Shown here piece by piece: positions 27,747 through 36,147 of a stretch of 64,000 nt of DNA (its first letter is position 1; every line of letters begins with the position of its first letter). Under the pieces are notes generated by a model. It had not been told where the DNA came from. It did not search any database and saw only the letters and a program-made list of their open reading frames with translations. The position numbers were made by a program, and so were the translations under genes. The DNA lies in the IMG/VR virus record IMGVR_UViG_3300029267_004162, positions 198,651 through 262,650 of that record; one strand, 5' to 3'.

Positions 27747-27840
27747 TCTAGGGGATCGAAATGGCAATCGTAAATTGCATACTATGGTCCTACTCACCAC
27801 AAATCTGTGCTTGTTTTCGTGTTTAGGTAGGAGGACACTC

Positions 27841-28509
27841 GTGTCACGGGAAACGTTAAGCGAACTATCACGATCCGCCATCCATGAGGAATTGGGAGTC
27901 TGCGCACGGGACCTGGTAGGTCGTCCTCACCAATTGCCGCCTGATTCACCTTTTCTGGCTATCCTGGAACGGGAGAATCTTTTGGTAGAGGAATTGCGCC
28001 GCCGTGGTCGTCTTGTGGCCAAGCCTGAATCTGACTGGAAATGGCCAAAAGATTCCTCTCAACACAGAGGGGTATTTGCTGCGACTAGGGAAAATTTAGT
28101 TGAGTTTCGGGTAAAATATGGCTTCGGTGTGAGTGGGGACTCTTGTTGTAACTGTGGTATTACCGTTAATCTGCCTGGGTGCCAAGCCGGGTGGTTTTGT
28201 CCGATCTGTGGTCATTTTACCTCTCAGAGTTTCAGTGATTGCCTTCCATTAATTGATGAGCCAACCTTTGGTCCCGATAAGGTTACCATTTTGACCGCCT
28301 GCAATGAGGCTAACTGGATTCAAGGTGAATGTGAAGCTGGTCGTCTTAGACCTAGTGGTGAAAATTTCCATGACTATTACGATTCATTGAAGCCTTACCT
28401 GGATCGGTTGAAACCTGGGGTCTATTGTGATAAAACACACGGGTTCAAATTTGATTTGGAGTATAGCCCTCAAGAGGAGAAGACATGTTCGCTTGGTGGA
28501 ATGATGTAG
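27841..28509 (+). CDS. hypothetical protein with Zn-ribbon (CxxC...CxxC)
   Basis: GTG at 27841 after AGGAGG; CCNCG...CPICG. Confidence 0.6.
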   Translation: MSRETLSELSRSAIHEELGVCARDLVGRPHQLPPDSPFLAILERENLLVEELRRRGRLVAKPESDWKWPKDSSQHRGVFAATRENLVEFRVKYGFGVSGDSCCNCGITVNLPGCQAGWFCPICGHFTSQSFSDCLPLIDEPTFGPDKVTILTACNEANWIQGECEAGRLRPSGENFHDYYDSLKPYLDRLKPGVYCDKTHGFKFDLEYSPQEEKTCSLGGMM

Positions 28510-28716
28510 CAACATGCGGTGATATCTGTGTTGGGATAGGCGGTACTCTTATCCGAGGGGTGTTTCGGTTTTACCGGAGGATAGAAAATCGTGGATGGAA
28601 GTGGCAATGACAAACGAATCGATAGCATTGGTAATTCGGCAGTCGGTAGGCTCGTAGTACAGGAGATAGACCGGCGGGGCATGACTCTACCGACTGAAGA
28701 AGGAGTGGAGAGGGAA

Positions 28717-28917
28717 ATGACAACGAAGCCACAAAATGATCTCTACCAAAAGGCGTTGGACTCCGTGCGAGCGTATGGCCATCCGAATGTTTGTCATCTT
28801 CAAGACCAGCTTAAGATTGGTTCCACAGACGCGCGGCGATTGATTAACCAAATGTTGAAGAAAGGAGACGTGGTGTGGGACGTCCGCGGCAATCTGAAGC
28901 TGCAACTGAAACCGTAA
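28717..28917 (+). CDS. stand-alone FtsK gamma-like winged-helix protein
   Basis: DLYQKALDSV.....V..LQ.QLKIG...ARRLI..M...G.V matches the FtsK-gamma pattern; ATG 28717 after GGAGAGG. Confidence 0.6.
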   Translation: MTTKPQNDLYQKALDSVRAYGHPNVCHLQDQLKIGSTDARRLINQMLKKGDVVWDVRGNLKLQLKP

Positions 28918-28984
28918 GGGTTATCACCAAGCACTGCTCGCATTATGGTAAAGCCACGGCGCAGGCCATAAATAGGAGAAGACA

Positions 28985-29503
28985 GTGACTGCCGCGAGAG
29001 TGATTCCGGGGAAAGCAGTCGATGTGTTAATTGCCAACAGCCGACGCGGACTCGTCCAACCTGCACCAGGCGACCTGGCGGAATCCGAGACCGCGTATGG
29101 TCGGGGGTACCAAGACGGAATGCGAGACCTGGCAATGAAGATTTTAACGATTGCTAATCCAGCTAAGGACTGGAGAGTAATGGCTGAGGTTGTAATGGTT
29201 TGTGTAGCTGACTCCTGTAAGAATCGGGGCGAGGCCAGCGAGGAAACTAACTGTCCGTTGTGTAGCAGAGAGATGATACAAATCCCTCGGACTTTTTATG
29301 ACGCGATCCATCACTCGACCCCACCCACCAAGGGTGTAACCGCAGAGACAGAGAAATTGCGGCAGATCAAGGAAGCGTGGGAGGCATCACGTGAGGCAGG
29401 CAAGCGAAGGGCAACCCACAACGCGGAATGTACTACTCATCGTCCCAGGACAGAGTTGGCGGGCGTGTTGCAGGAGATATTCGCCCCTGTCTCATCAGAT
29501 TAG
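28985..29503 (+). CDS. hypothetical protein
   Basis: 172 aa; AY.RGYQDG motif and a CPLC. Confidence 0.55.
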   Translation: MTAARVIPGKAVDVLIANSRRGLVQPAPGDLAESETAYGRGYQDGMRDLAMKILTIANPAKDWRVMAEVVMVCVADSCKNRGEASEETNCPLCSREMIQIPRTFYDAIHHSTPPTKGVTAETEKLRQIKEAWEASREAGKRRATHNAECTTHRPRTELAGVLQEIFAPVSSD

Positions 29504-29514
29504 GAGACGTGGAA

Positions 29515-30060
29515 ATGGTTCCGAATCAACTCTTCTTCACTCGTGGGGTGGGTAAGCACCACCACCCCCTGGAATCTTTTGAGGCTGCGTTGCGCGATGC
29601 GGGGGTTGCATTGTGCAATTTGGTGAAAGTATCGAGCATCTATCCACCTGGATGTAAGATCATCTCACGCCGAGCTGGGTTGGCGAAGCTCGTTCCCGGT
29701 CAAATAACCTATTGTGTTTTGGCTGAAACTCGTACCAACGAGCCCAATCGATTGGTTTCTGCCGGCATAGGACTTGCTGTACCCGCCAAGGGGGATCAGT
29801 ATGGTTACATTTCCGAGCATCACGGGTATGGACTCACCAAACTCAAGACGGCTGATTTCGTTGAGGACATGGCTGCTAGTATGTTGGCAACTACGCTTGG
29901 CATAGAGTTCAACGCCGACAGTGACTATGATGAACGCCGCGAAGTCTACAAGATGAGTGGTCAGATTGTCAAAACACGCGCCGTTGTGCAATCCACCGAG
30001 GGCGATAAGAATGGTAAATGGACCACAGTTGTGGCTGCGGCCGTCTTCCTTTTTGAATAA
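29515..30060 (+). CDS. pyruvoyl-dependent arginine decarboxylase
   Basis: MVPNQLFFTRGVG.H...LESFEAALRDAG....NLVKVSSIYPP (Ser-Ser autocleavage site), YGYISEHH, WTTVVAAAV. Confidence 0.9.
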   Translation: MVPNQLFFTRGVGKHHHPLESFEAALRDAGVALCNLVKVSSIYPPGCKIISRRAGLAKLVPGQITYCVLAETRTNEPNRLVSAGIGLAVPAKGDQYGYISEHHGYGLTKLKTADFVEDMAASMLATTLGIEFNADSDYDERREVYKMSGQIVKTRAVVQSTEGDKNGKWTTVVAAAVFLFE

Positions 30061-30071
30061 CCGGAGGCAAC

Positions 30072-30272
30072 ATGGATTTTTTGGACGCTTTAACTGAGAT
30101 GCGGAAAAATCCCGACGTTGAGTTTAGTGATGATGCAGGTCATCGTAATCGTCTCCATTCGGATGGTCGTTTGGAATACTTCGATAGAGGAAAGGGACAG
30201 TGGTGTGACAATCCAGACAGTTTCAACGGACTTTTACTGAATAACTGGCGGCCAATAAAGACCACAGAGTAA
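30072..30272 (+). CDS. small hypothetical protein (weak Tad2/DUF2829-like ends)
   Basis: MDFLDAL...LLLNNW; GGAGG RBS. Confidence 0.5.
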   Translation: MDFLDALTEMRKNPDVEFSDDAGHRNRLHSDGRLEYFDRGKGQWCDNPDSFNGLLLNNWRPIKTTE

Positions 30273-30344
30273 CCACGCCTAATTCGACCCCAAATAGTTT
30301 CCAAGGATTCCGGTCTGGCTGCGCGATAGTTTAGCCCTGATGGA

Positions 30345-30542
30345 GTGCGGCGTTCGTTGCACGGAGAGCATTTTATTCCGTCAGCGGAAGAAATGGTTTG
30401 GGCTGTTGTTAAGTTGATGGTCAAATCCAGGGATTTGTTGCCAGTGATTAAGTGGATGGCCGATGAGCACGAGCCGCCTGATGCTACAGAGACGTATATG
30501 TTGATTCCCCCGTATAGTCAGCCAAATAGCGATCACTGTTAG
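30345..30542 (+). CDS. hypothetical protein
   Basis: 65-aa ORF; start uncertain. Confidence 0.35.
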   Translation: MRRSLHGEHFIPSAEEMVWAVVKLMVKSRDLLPVIKWMADEHEPPDATETYMLIPPYSQPNSDHC

Positions 30543-30574
30543 TTTCTTGCTATTGCCTAGTAGGTGGAGATGTA

Positions 30575-30862
30575 ATGCTGCGTCGCGTGGAATTGAAGAC
30601 AGTAGTAAAGTTGTTGAATGAGCTGTTGGATATTGATCGGGAAGCTATTACCCGGTTGTTTGAACACCGCGAGCCATGTGTTGATCTTTTTGTTCAGCAC
30701 CCCAAAGTTGTTGTAAAAACTATTCCTGGTAGCTCGAAGCCGCATGTGGGCGTGTTGGGGATTATCAATGGGTTTTTCCGGGAGGGCCACGACCACGGTC
30801 CAATTGCTATGCGTTTGCGGCCGGACGGTCAGATTGGTGAGTTCTTGTTGTATTCTCGTTAA
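30575..30862 (+). CDS. hypothetical protein
   Basis: 95 aa; GGAG RBS. Confidence 0.6.
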   Translation: MLRRVELKTVVKLLNELLDIDREAITRLFEHREPCVDLFVQHPKVVVKTIPGSSKPHVGVLGIINGFFREGHDHGPIAMRLRPDGQIGEFLLYSR

Positions 30863-30874
30863 GTCGTAGTGGGT

Positions 30875-30902
30875 TTGACAACCGCTGACGAGGCGGTATT
30901 CT
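30875..30902 (+). promoter_or_regulatory. possible sigma70 promoter for the truncated tRNA
   Basis: TTGACA, 16 bp, TATTCT just upstream of 30915. Confidence 0.35.
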
Positions 30903-30914
30903 GCTTACTATTGT

Positions 30915-30968
30915 TGCGGAGTGGCGCAGTTGGTAGCGCGCTGGGTTCATAGCCCGGAGGTCGCAGGT
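30915..30968 (+). pseudogene. 3'-truncated tRNA-Met(CAU)
   Basis: TGCGGAG, GCGC/GCGC D-arm, CTGGG-TTCATAG-CCCGG, AGGTC, GCAGGT and then unrelated sequence; the T-loop and 3' acceptor strand are missing. Confidence 0.8.
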
Positions 30969-31020
30969 GGCGGCTGAGCGTTAGGATAAAGGGAAATCTC
31001 ATGTCACCTTTCCAAGCGGT

Positions 31021-31443
31021 GTGGATAGGGTTTCTGGTATGTATACTGGATGTAGTGTGAAGAACACTCTCTGTACGAATAATGAGTGTACTTTTTGCGG
31101 GGTTTGTTGTATCGCATTCCCCATCAAGAGTCTGGGAAAAGACTCCTTGACGGTCTGCACACATCTATATTGGGGGGATGGGGGATTCCGCTGTGATGAT
31201 TATGAGAATAGACCCCCGGAGTGTCGCGCTTTTCAGCCTTGTGTGGTTGGTGCGATGCGCGTGCTGGATTCACTTCTTTGCCAAATCGATCTTTGGTCCG
31301 ATGAAGTGTGGGTCACCCTGATGACTGGGATTAAAGCGGGTGGTGGATTGGATGTGAACCACCCGGAACTGCACCCCCTAATAGAACACTTTGATGCAAC
31401 CCAAATCAAACGGAAAGACAGGTTCCAAGAATTGACTAGATAG
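31021..31443 (+). CDS. YkgJ-family Cys-cluster (putative Fe-S) protein
   Basis: CTFCGVCC...CTHL...C..YENRPPECRAF. Confidence 0.8.
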   Translation: MDRVSGMYTGCSVKNTLCTNNECTFCGVCCIAFPIKSLGKDSLTVCTHLYWGDGGFRCDDYENRPPECRAFQPCVVGAMRVLDSLLCQIDLWSDEVWVTLMTGIKAGGGLDVNHPELHPLIEHFDATQIKRKDRFQELTR

Positions 31444-31606
31444 TGGCTCTTCGGTTCAACTTCTGTGGAGTGAGTACCCTTTCTTTGCGTAGATCGTTGA
31501 TAGCCTTAGCAACCTTCTCCCCCGCGCGAACCAACTCGCCCTTGCGATCCAATTCCTTGAGCCCCTTCACCACGTCTTCGGATATTTTCTTAGCATCTTT
31601 GGCCAT
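31436..31606 (-). CDS. small basic hypothetical protein (56 aa)
   Basis: Hand translation MAKDAKKISEDVVKGLKELDRKGELVRAGEKVAKAINDLRKERVLTPQKLNRRATI; too short for the ORF track. Confidence 0.5.
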   Translation of the reverse strand: MAKDAKKISEDVVKGLKELDRKGELVRAGEKVAKAINDLRKERVLTPQKLNRRATI

Positions 31607-31637
31607 GGTGTTACTTACGAGTGTTCGGGCAATCTAT

Positions 31638-34600
31638 TTAATCATCCACTTCCACCTCTTCTTCTTCCTCTACGTCTGCCTTTCGTTTGGCTTCCCAATT
31701 CAAAGTATAAACCTGTTTTAGTACGGTTTGGATTTCTGCTTGATTTTGCAGGAAGTATTTACCTGGTTTTCGTTCAGACCCTTCGATGTAATCCAGTATT
31801 TTAAGAACCAGGGTTTTGTTCGTTTTCTTGAGGTCTAGCCACAGGCTACGACGAACTAACTGGAATTTTGCGGCTCGTAGGATGGGTGCCGCTTGGGGGT
31901 CCAATTCATCACACAACAGTCCCGGTCGCCCGTTAAAAAGCGTAATGATCACGTATGCTTTGGGTTTCTTTTTCGCGGCGACCACTCGCCATTTACCCAA
32001 ATACTTTAATTGTTCTGTCAAGCCTACCCCACCCTCAGACGCCGTGGTACCAGTTACATCCCATAAGTCCAATTTAGTGGCTAGACGTTTTAGGACACTT
32101 TTAGCCCGTGCTTTTGTACCACACTCTAAGAACCAGTAGGGATCGGCGTTGTAAAATCTGTATTTGCCTCTCTTGAGCTTGGTTTTTCCTGCGGGTGCCC
32201 ACAGGTGGAACGATTCAGGGTAATTGACGATAGTCAAATCTAGTGTATCAGTTGTATCGTCCGGATCAGCCAACCCCTCACTGTCATGAGGTACGTCTTC
32301 ATAGGGGTCCCAATCGTAATTAGCCGATTGTCTGATTCGAGGCATTTCTGCCTTCTCGGAACCCTTGATAGCTTTTGGGGTAGTCTTTTTTTCTATCATC
32401 TTCGGACCGAAGAACTTCAATGCTACCTTTGCTTCCTCCTTCTGCTGCTCTTCCATGTCATGGAACCGTTCTGTATAAGGTGCCATGTCCTCTTCTGTTC
32501 GGAAGGTACTGATGTTGTCCAAGTTCATACCAAAGAGTGTAAATTCTGTGGTATCGGTGTAATCACTATCAACTTTTCGTTTTTCATGCAATTTCGTGAC
32601 CAACCGAGCGAATTTGGCCATATCCGCAGTCTTTCGAGCCAACAGAATATCAACTGAAACCCGGTTTTTCTGACCAGGACGGAAAACGCGGGCGAATGCT
32701 TGCTGCATGTCTCCTGGGTTCCAAACCATGCTATACAAGATGGCCCGACTGGCTACTTGTAAATTTAGCCCTTCTTTTAGGGATTGCATGACAGCTACTA
32801 GAACGGTTTTTTCTGGACTGGTTTGGAAAGTGGTGATATTGGCTTTGACACTCGCATCATAATACAGCATCTTCCCCTTAAATCTGCTGTGTTCCATAAT
32901 ATGACGGGCTTGACGTTTTTGTTCACAGAAAATAATGACCTTGCCTTTGCCATCACTACCAAAGTGTTTACCTAGTAACTCATCTACTTTTCCTACTTTA
33001 GGGGACACCATGTCCGCTTTTGCTAGAGATTTGGAAAATTTTTCACTGGTTGGATCATTGATATAACTATAGATCCTCGATAAACGAATGAGGATCTTAC
33101 TAGGGGCGAAATCCTTTCCTACATTCTCTGGATCGGCCTGAAATTCCTCCCACGCTGCTGCTAATTCGGGATCAGCCAGAATCTCTTTAACGACTGCTTT
33201 TTCAACAGCGACGTAGACTCTTTGTTGAGCGGTGGTAAAATCACAATAATGCACTTTTTGCTCTAATTTTGGAAGCATATGCCTCCAAGCACTCGACCGA
33301 ATACTAACCCCAGCTTCTTCGAGTAACGCTTGTCTAATCTTCTTCTGAGCATTGGGTTTCCACACGAGTACCTTGCTCGCGTCATGAACTGCGGCGTATC
33401 TGTTGCAAAATTGTTTGTAAGTACCAAAAATGGATGGGTCGAGGAGCCCAATAGTACCTACTAAATCAGTGGGGTTGTTGGAAATGATGGTGCCGGAAGC
33501 GACACGTTTGATGGGAACAGAGGAAAAAGCCTTACATGCTTGGTGTACATTGGTGGAGGGGTTTTTAGCTCGGTGGGCTTCATCGAAACTTACCATATCC
33601 ACACCAGCCGCCATCATGTCTTTAGGTCGGGTAAAATTTCGAACATACTTGGGTTTACCTGAAGCAGTAAATTCTCCAGTAGCTAATTCATAGTATTCAG
33701 TTGATAAGAATTCATAACTAGTAAGAACAATTGTATTCGGGGGAGCCTTTTTAATTTGTTCTAGAGCCTGTGCCCATGCGGTTTCTTTATCACCCCCCAT
33801 TTTATGATATGTTTCAGAATTAATTACTAAAACGTTTACTTGGCCTTTTGTCCAATTGTGGATTTCATCTTTTTGTTGTGGGATAAGGATATTGGGCATG
33901 ACGATGCATGGGCGAGTCGCTTTGCCTTTAGCTAGCATGTTTAAGGCATCGGCCAGCATCGTTAAAGTTTTACCACCACCAGTGTCTACGTCGAGAATGG
34001 CTGCATCAGTTTTGTCTAACACAGCCAGAGCATACGCCTGATGAGGCATAAAATTAACATCGGGTAAACTTGGGACAGTGGGGCAATCTTTAGGAGCAGC
34101 GGTAAGGCGCGTTTTTTTGTCGTTTTTAACTTCCTGCGTTAATTTTCCAAGGACTGCCGCATTTTCCATGAGAAGAGACCACAGGATAAACCGGGGGTGG
34201 AGGACAGATAAGCGGCCTATGTGGGCTTCGCCCGCCGCTTGGATGGTTTTAGGGGTGACTTTCTCGAATTTTCTAATAATCTCAAGAACAGAAGGCTTCC
34301 CGTCTTGAGCCCAGCCCGGTGTATTCCAAATCTTCGATGCGTAAATAACACCCGCATTAATATGCCAATCTACGAATTCTTGCGTGATTGTACACGCGGG
34401 GTCTTCGAATATCTTAATGATGTCCTTGCCGGTAACTGGCTGTGCTCCGGAGATATCTTCATATCTAGGTTTTCCTTCTCGGAGATACAAGAAATCCCCT
34501 TCAGCCATGTTACAATAGGCATAACCGCTCTCACCCTTTTCTATCATTGCGTGAAATTGTGCTAGGGTGATCCACCCGTCCCGAATTATAAAGCGTTTCC

Positions 34601-35033
34601 CATTTGACAACTTTATGGCTTTTGGGGGGCCAAATTTTTTACTGGTCTTGTCTAACCACCCGGCCAATTCTTCTACAACAGTGTCCTTTTTACTTTCAGG
34701 TGGTCCAGCAGACTGAAGTTCAGTCTTTTGATCCCATTCTTCTTCGTCTTTCCACAAGGATTCTGCTTCAGCTCTCCGCACTGCTTGTTCCGCATCAATG
34801 TGCAAACGTGCCCGCACGGCCTCAAATTTGGAAGGGCTTCGAGGAATCCGGGTCCAATCGGGATTGGGGAGAACGCCTTTTTGTTTGCAAAGCTGGATTA
34901 GCAAACGACATATGACAGGCCATTCTTCAGGTTCAAAATTGAGGAGAGTCCTCAAACCATACACGACCGGAAGATTAACCGGATTGAGTCGTTTGATGGC
35001 CTTGATAACACGAAGAGTCTGTTTATTGTTCAT
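31638..35033 (-). CDS. SWI2/SNF2-family helicase/ATPase
   Basis: DVDTGGGKT, VSFDEAH, ASGT, EGLNLQ.AS, WNP...QA.ARVFRPGQ. Confidence 0.9.
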   Translation of the reverse strand: MNNKQTLRVIKAIKRLNPVNLPVVYGLRTLLNFEPEEWPVICRLLIQLCKQKGVLPNPDWTRIPRSPSKFEAVRARLHIDAEQAVRRAEAESLWKDEEEWDQKTELQSAGPPESKKDTVVEELAGWLDKTSKKFGPPKAIKLSNGKRFIIRDGWITLAQFHAMIEKGESGYAYCNMAEGDFLYLREGKPRYEDISGAQPVTGKDIIKIFEDPACTITQEFVDWHINAGVIYASKIWNTPGWAQDGKPSVLEIIRKFEKVTPKTIQAAGEAHIGRLSVLHPRFILWSLLMENAAVLGKLTQEVKNDKKTRLTAAPKDCPTVPSLPDVNFMPHQAYALAVLDKTDAAILDVDTGGGKTLTMLADALNMLAKGKATRPCIVMPNILIPQQKDEIHNWTKGQVNVLVINSETYHKMGGDKETAWAQALEQIKKAPPNTIVLTSYEFLSTEYYELATGEFTASGKPKYVRNFTRPKDMMAAGVDMVSFDEAHRAKNPSTNVHQACKAFSSVPIKRVASGTIISNNPTDLVGTIGLLDPSIFGTYKQFCNRYAAVHDASKVLVWKPNAQKKIRQALLEEAGVSIRSSAWRHMLPKLEQKVHYCDFTTAQQRVYVAVEKAVVKEILADPELAAAWEEFQADPENVGKDFAPSKILIRLSRIYSYINDPTSEKFSKSLAKADMVSPKVGKVDELLGKHFGSDGKGKVIIFCEQKRQARHIMEHSRFKGKMLYYDASVKANITTFQTSPEKTVLVAVMQSLKEGLNLQVASRAILYSMVWNPGDMQQAFARVFRPGQKNRVSVDILLARKTADMAKFARLVTKLHEKRKVDSDYTDTTEFTLFGMNLDNISTFRTEEDMAPYTERFHDMEEQQKEEAKVALKFFGPKMIEKKTTPKAIKGSEKAEMPRIRQSANYDWDPYEDVPHDSEGLADPDDTTDTLDLTIVNYPESFHLWAPAGKTKLKRGKYRFYNADPYWFLECGTKARAKSVLKRLATKLDLWDVTGTTASEGGVGLTEQLKYLGKWRVVAAKKKPKAYVIITLFNGRPGLLCDELDPQAAPILRAAKFQLVRRSLWLDLKKTNKTLVLKILDYIEGSERKPGKYFLQNQAEIQTVLKQVYTLNWEAKRKADVEEEEEVEVDD

Positions 35034-35082
35034 GTGCGATCTACCTATATTCTGCTGTGGCGTCGGATCTTGTGGGTTCGGT

Positions 35083-36063
35083 TCATTTCTTGTCTAATGT
35101 TGTTAGACTTTCAGTAAAAGTCGGGGTTTTACCGAGGACACCCTTTTCTATAATGTAATGGTCACCCACCCTAGTGCTGTATTGTTTAACGAATTCAGGA
35201 CTCATCTTACCGTAAATTTGTCTAAGGATAGTGGGGTACCTTTGATCAAACTTCGCTTCACGCTCACTATAATCATCTCGCAGCAATTCCACGGCGGATA
35301 GAATCTTGTTACTACCACGAAAAGTGATGGGAGCATCAATACGAAGGTTGAGAAAACCAGTGTCTCCCTTTACTTCTTGAACTTTTACGAACCAACGCAT
35401 CTTTTTGATTAAGTTGGCTAGCATTCTCCGAAGAAGGGACGTAAAATGTTGTTCTTTGGAGAATTCTCTTTCCCCAGCAGAATGAGGAGGATATCGTGTG
35501 GCGTGAGCGACGCGTTCTCTCCAGTATTCCCATAGATAATTTGTGACGTGGGGGCGCAAGGCTTTCCAGCGCTTGTCTGAAAAGCTCTTAGCAAACTTGG
35601 TTTTGTGAATACCATCCCCCCGACCAGTAGCGCGGTAATCCAATGTAGCGCGAAAGTGATCTGCTGCTCGTCGGATGATTTTCTTGACCACCCGAGGATT
35701 TTTGTTTAACTCCAGTACCCAATAATTGGTAAGCTCAACCAATTTCAGCGAAGGGGCTAAGGCATCATGTGGCATGGGTAAGTTATCTTCATCCGGCAAA
35801 GCTGTTTTGGTTTCAACCTGAACTTCAAAGATAACAGGAGTACCACCAGATTTTTCTACCGCTCGATTGGCACTACTGTAAGCGGTGAACCAATTAAACG
35901 TTAGGTAAGTCCCGGAGTAAGACCCCTTCCATATATATTCTTTTTGATCCCATACTTTTGTTTGAGGGTTGACCACAAATCCTTCACGTAGAATACGCCG
36001 TGCAGCGCGGGATGATGTCCCGTGCCAAACCCGTTTGCGGGTTGATTGTAAGTGGAAGGCCAT
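35083..36063 (-). CDS. ADP-ribosyltransferase-fold protein
   Basis: WHGTS....ILREGF...GTYLT..W..A...A......PVIFEV matches the N-terminal strands of H-Y-type ARTs. Confidence 0.6.
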   Translation of the reverse strand: MAFHLQSTRKRVWHGTSSRAARRILREGFVVNPQTKVWDQKEYIWKGSYSGTYLTFNWFTAYSSANRAVEKSGGTPVIFEVQVETKTALPDEDNLPMPHDALAPSLKLVELTNYWVLELNKNPRVVKKIIRRAADHFRATLDYRATGRGDGIHKTKFAKSFSDKRWKALRPHVTNYLWEYWRERVAHATRYPPHSAGEREFSKEQHFTSLLRRMLANLIKKMRWFVKVQEVKGDTGFLNLRIDAPITFRGSNKILSAVELLRDDYSEREAKFDQRYPTILRQIYGKMSPEFVKQYSTRVGDHYIIEKGVLGKTPTFTESLTTLDKK

Positions 36064-36090
36064 AGTCTAACCTCAGTGAAACCAAATACA

Positions 36091-36129
36091 TTAAGTCCCC
36101 CCCTTCTTTTCACGGAAGAGGGGACTTAA
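36091..36129. terminator. hairpin downstream of the tail sheath gene
   Basis: TTAAGTCCCC/GGGGACTTAA inverted repeat with inner CTTC/GAAG pairing. Confidence 0.7.
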
Positions 36130-36147
36130 TTAGCCTGAGGAAAGAAC

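Noticed and set aside
30969-31020. Group II or other intron in the T-loop of tRNA-Met
   Set aside because: No canonical GTGCG start and no downstream 3' exon found
31443-34915. Several plus-strand 60-120 aa ORFs opposite the SNF2 gene
   Set aside because: Antisense to a well-supported long gene, with no motifs or RBS
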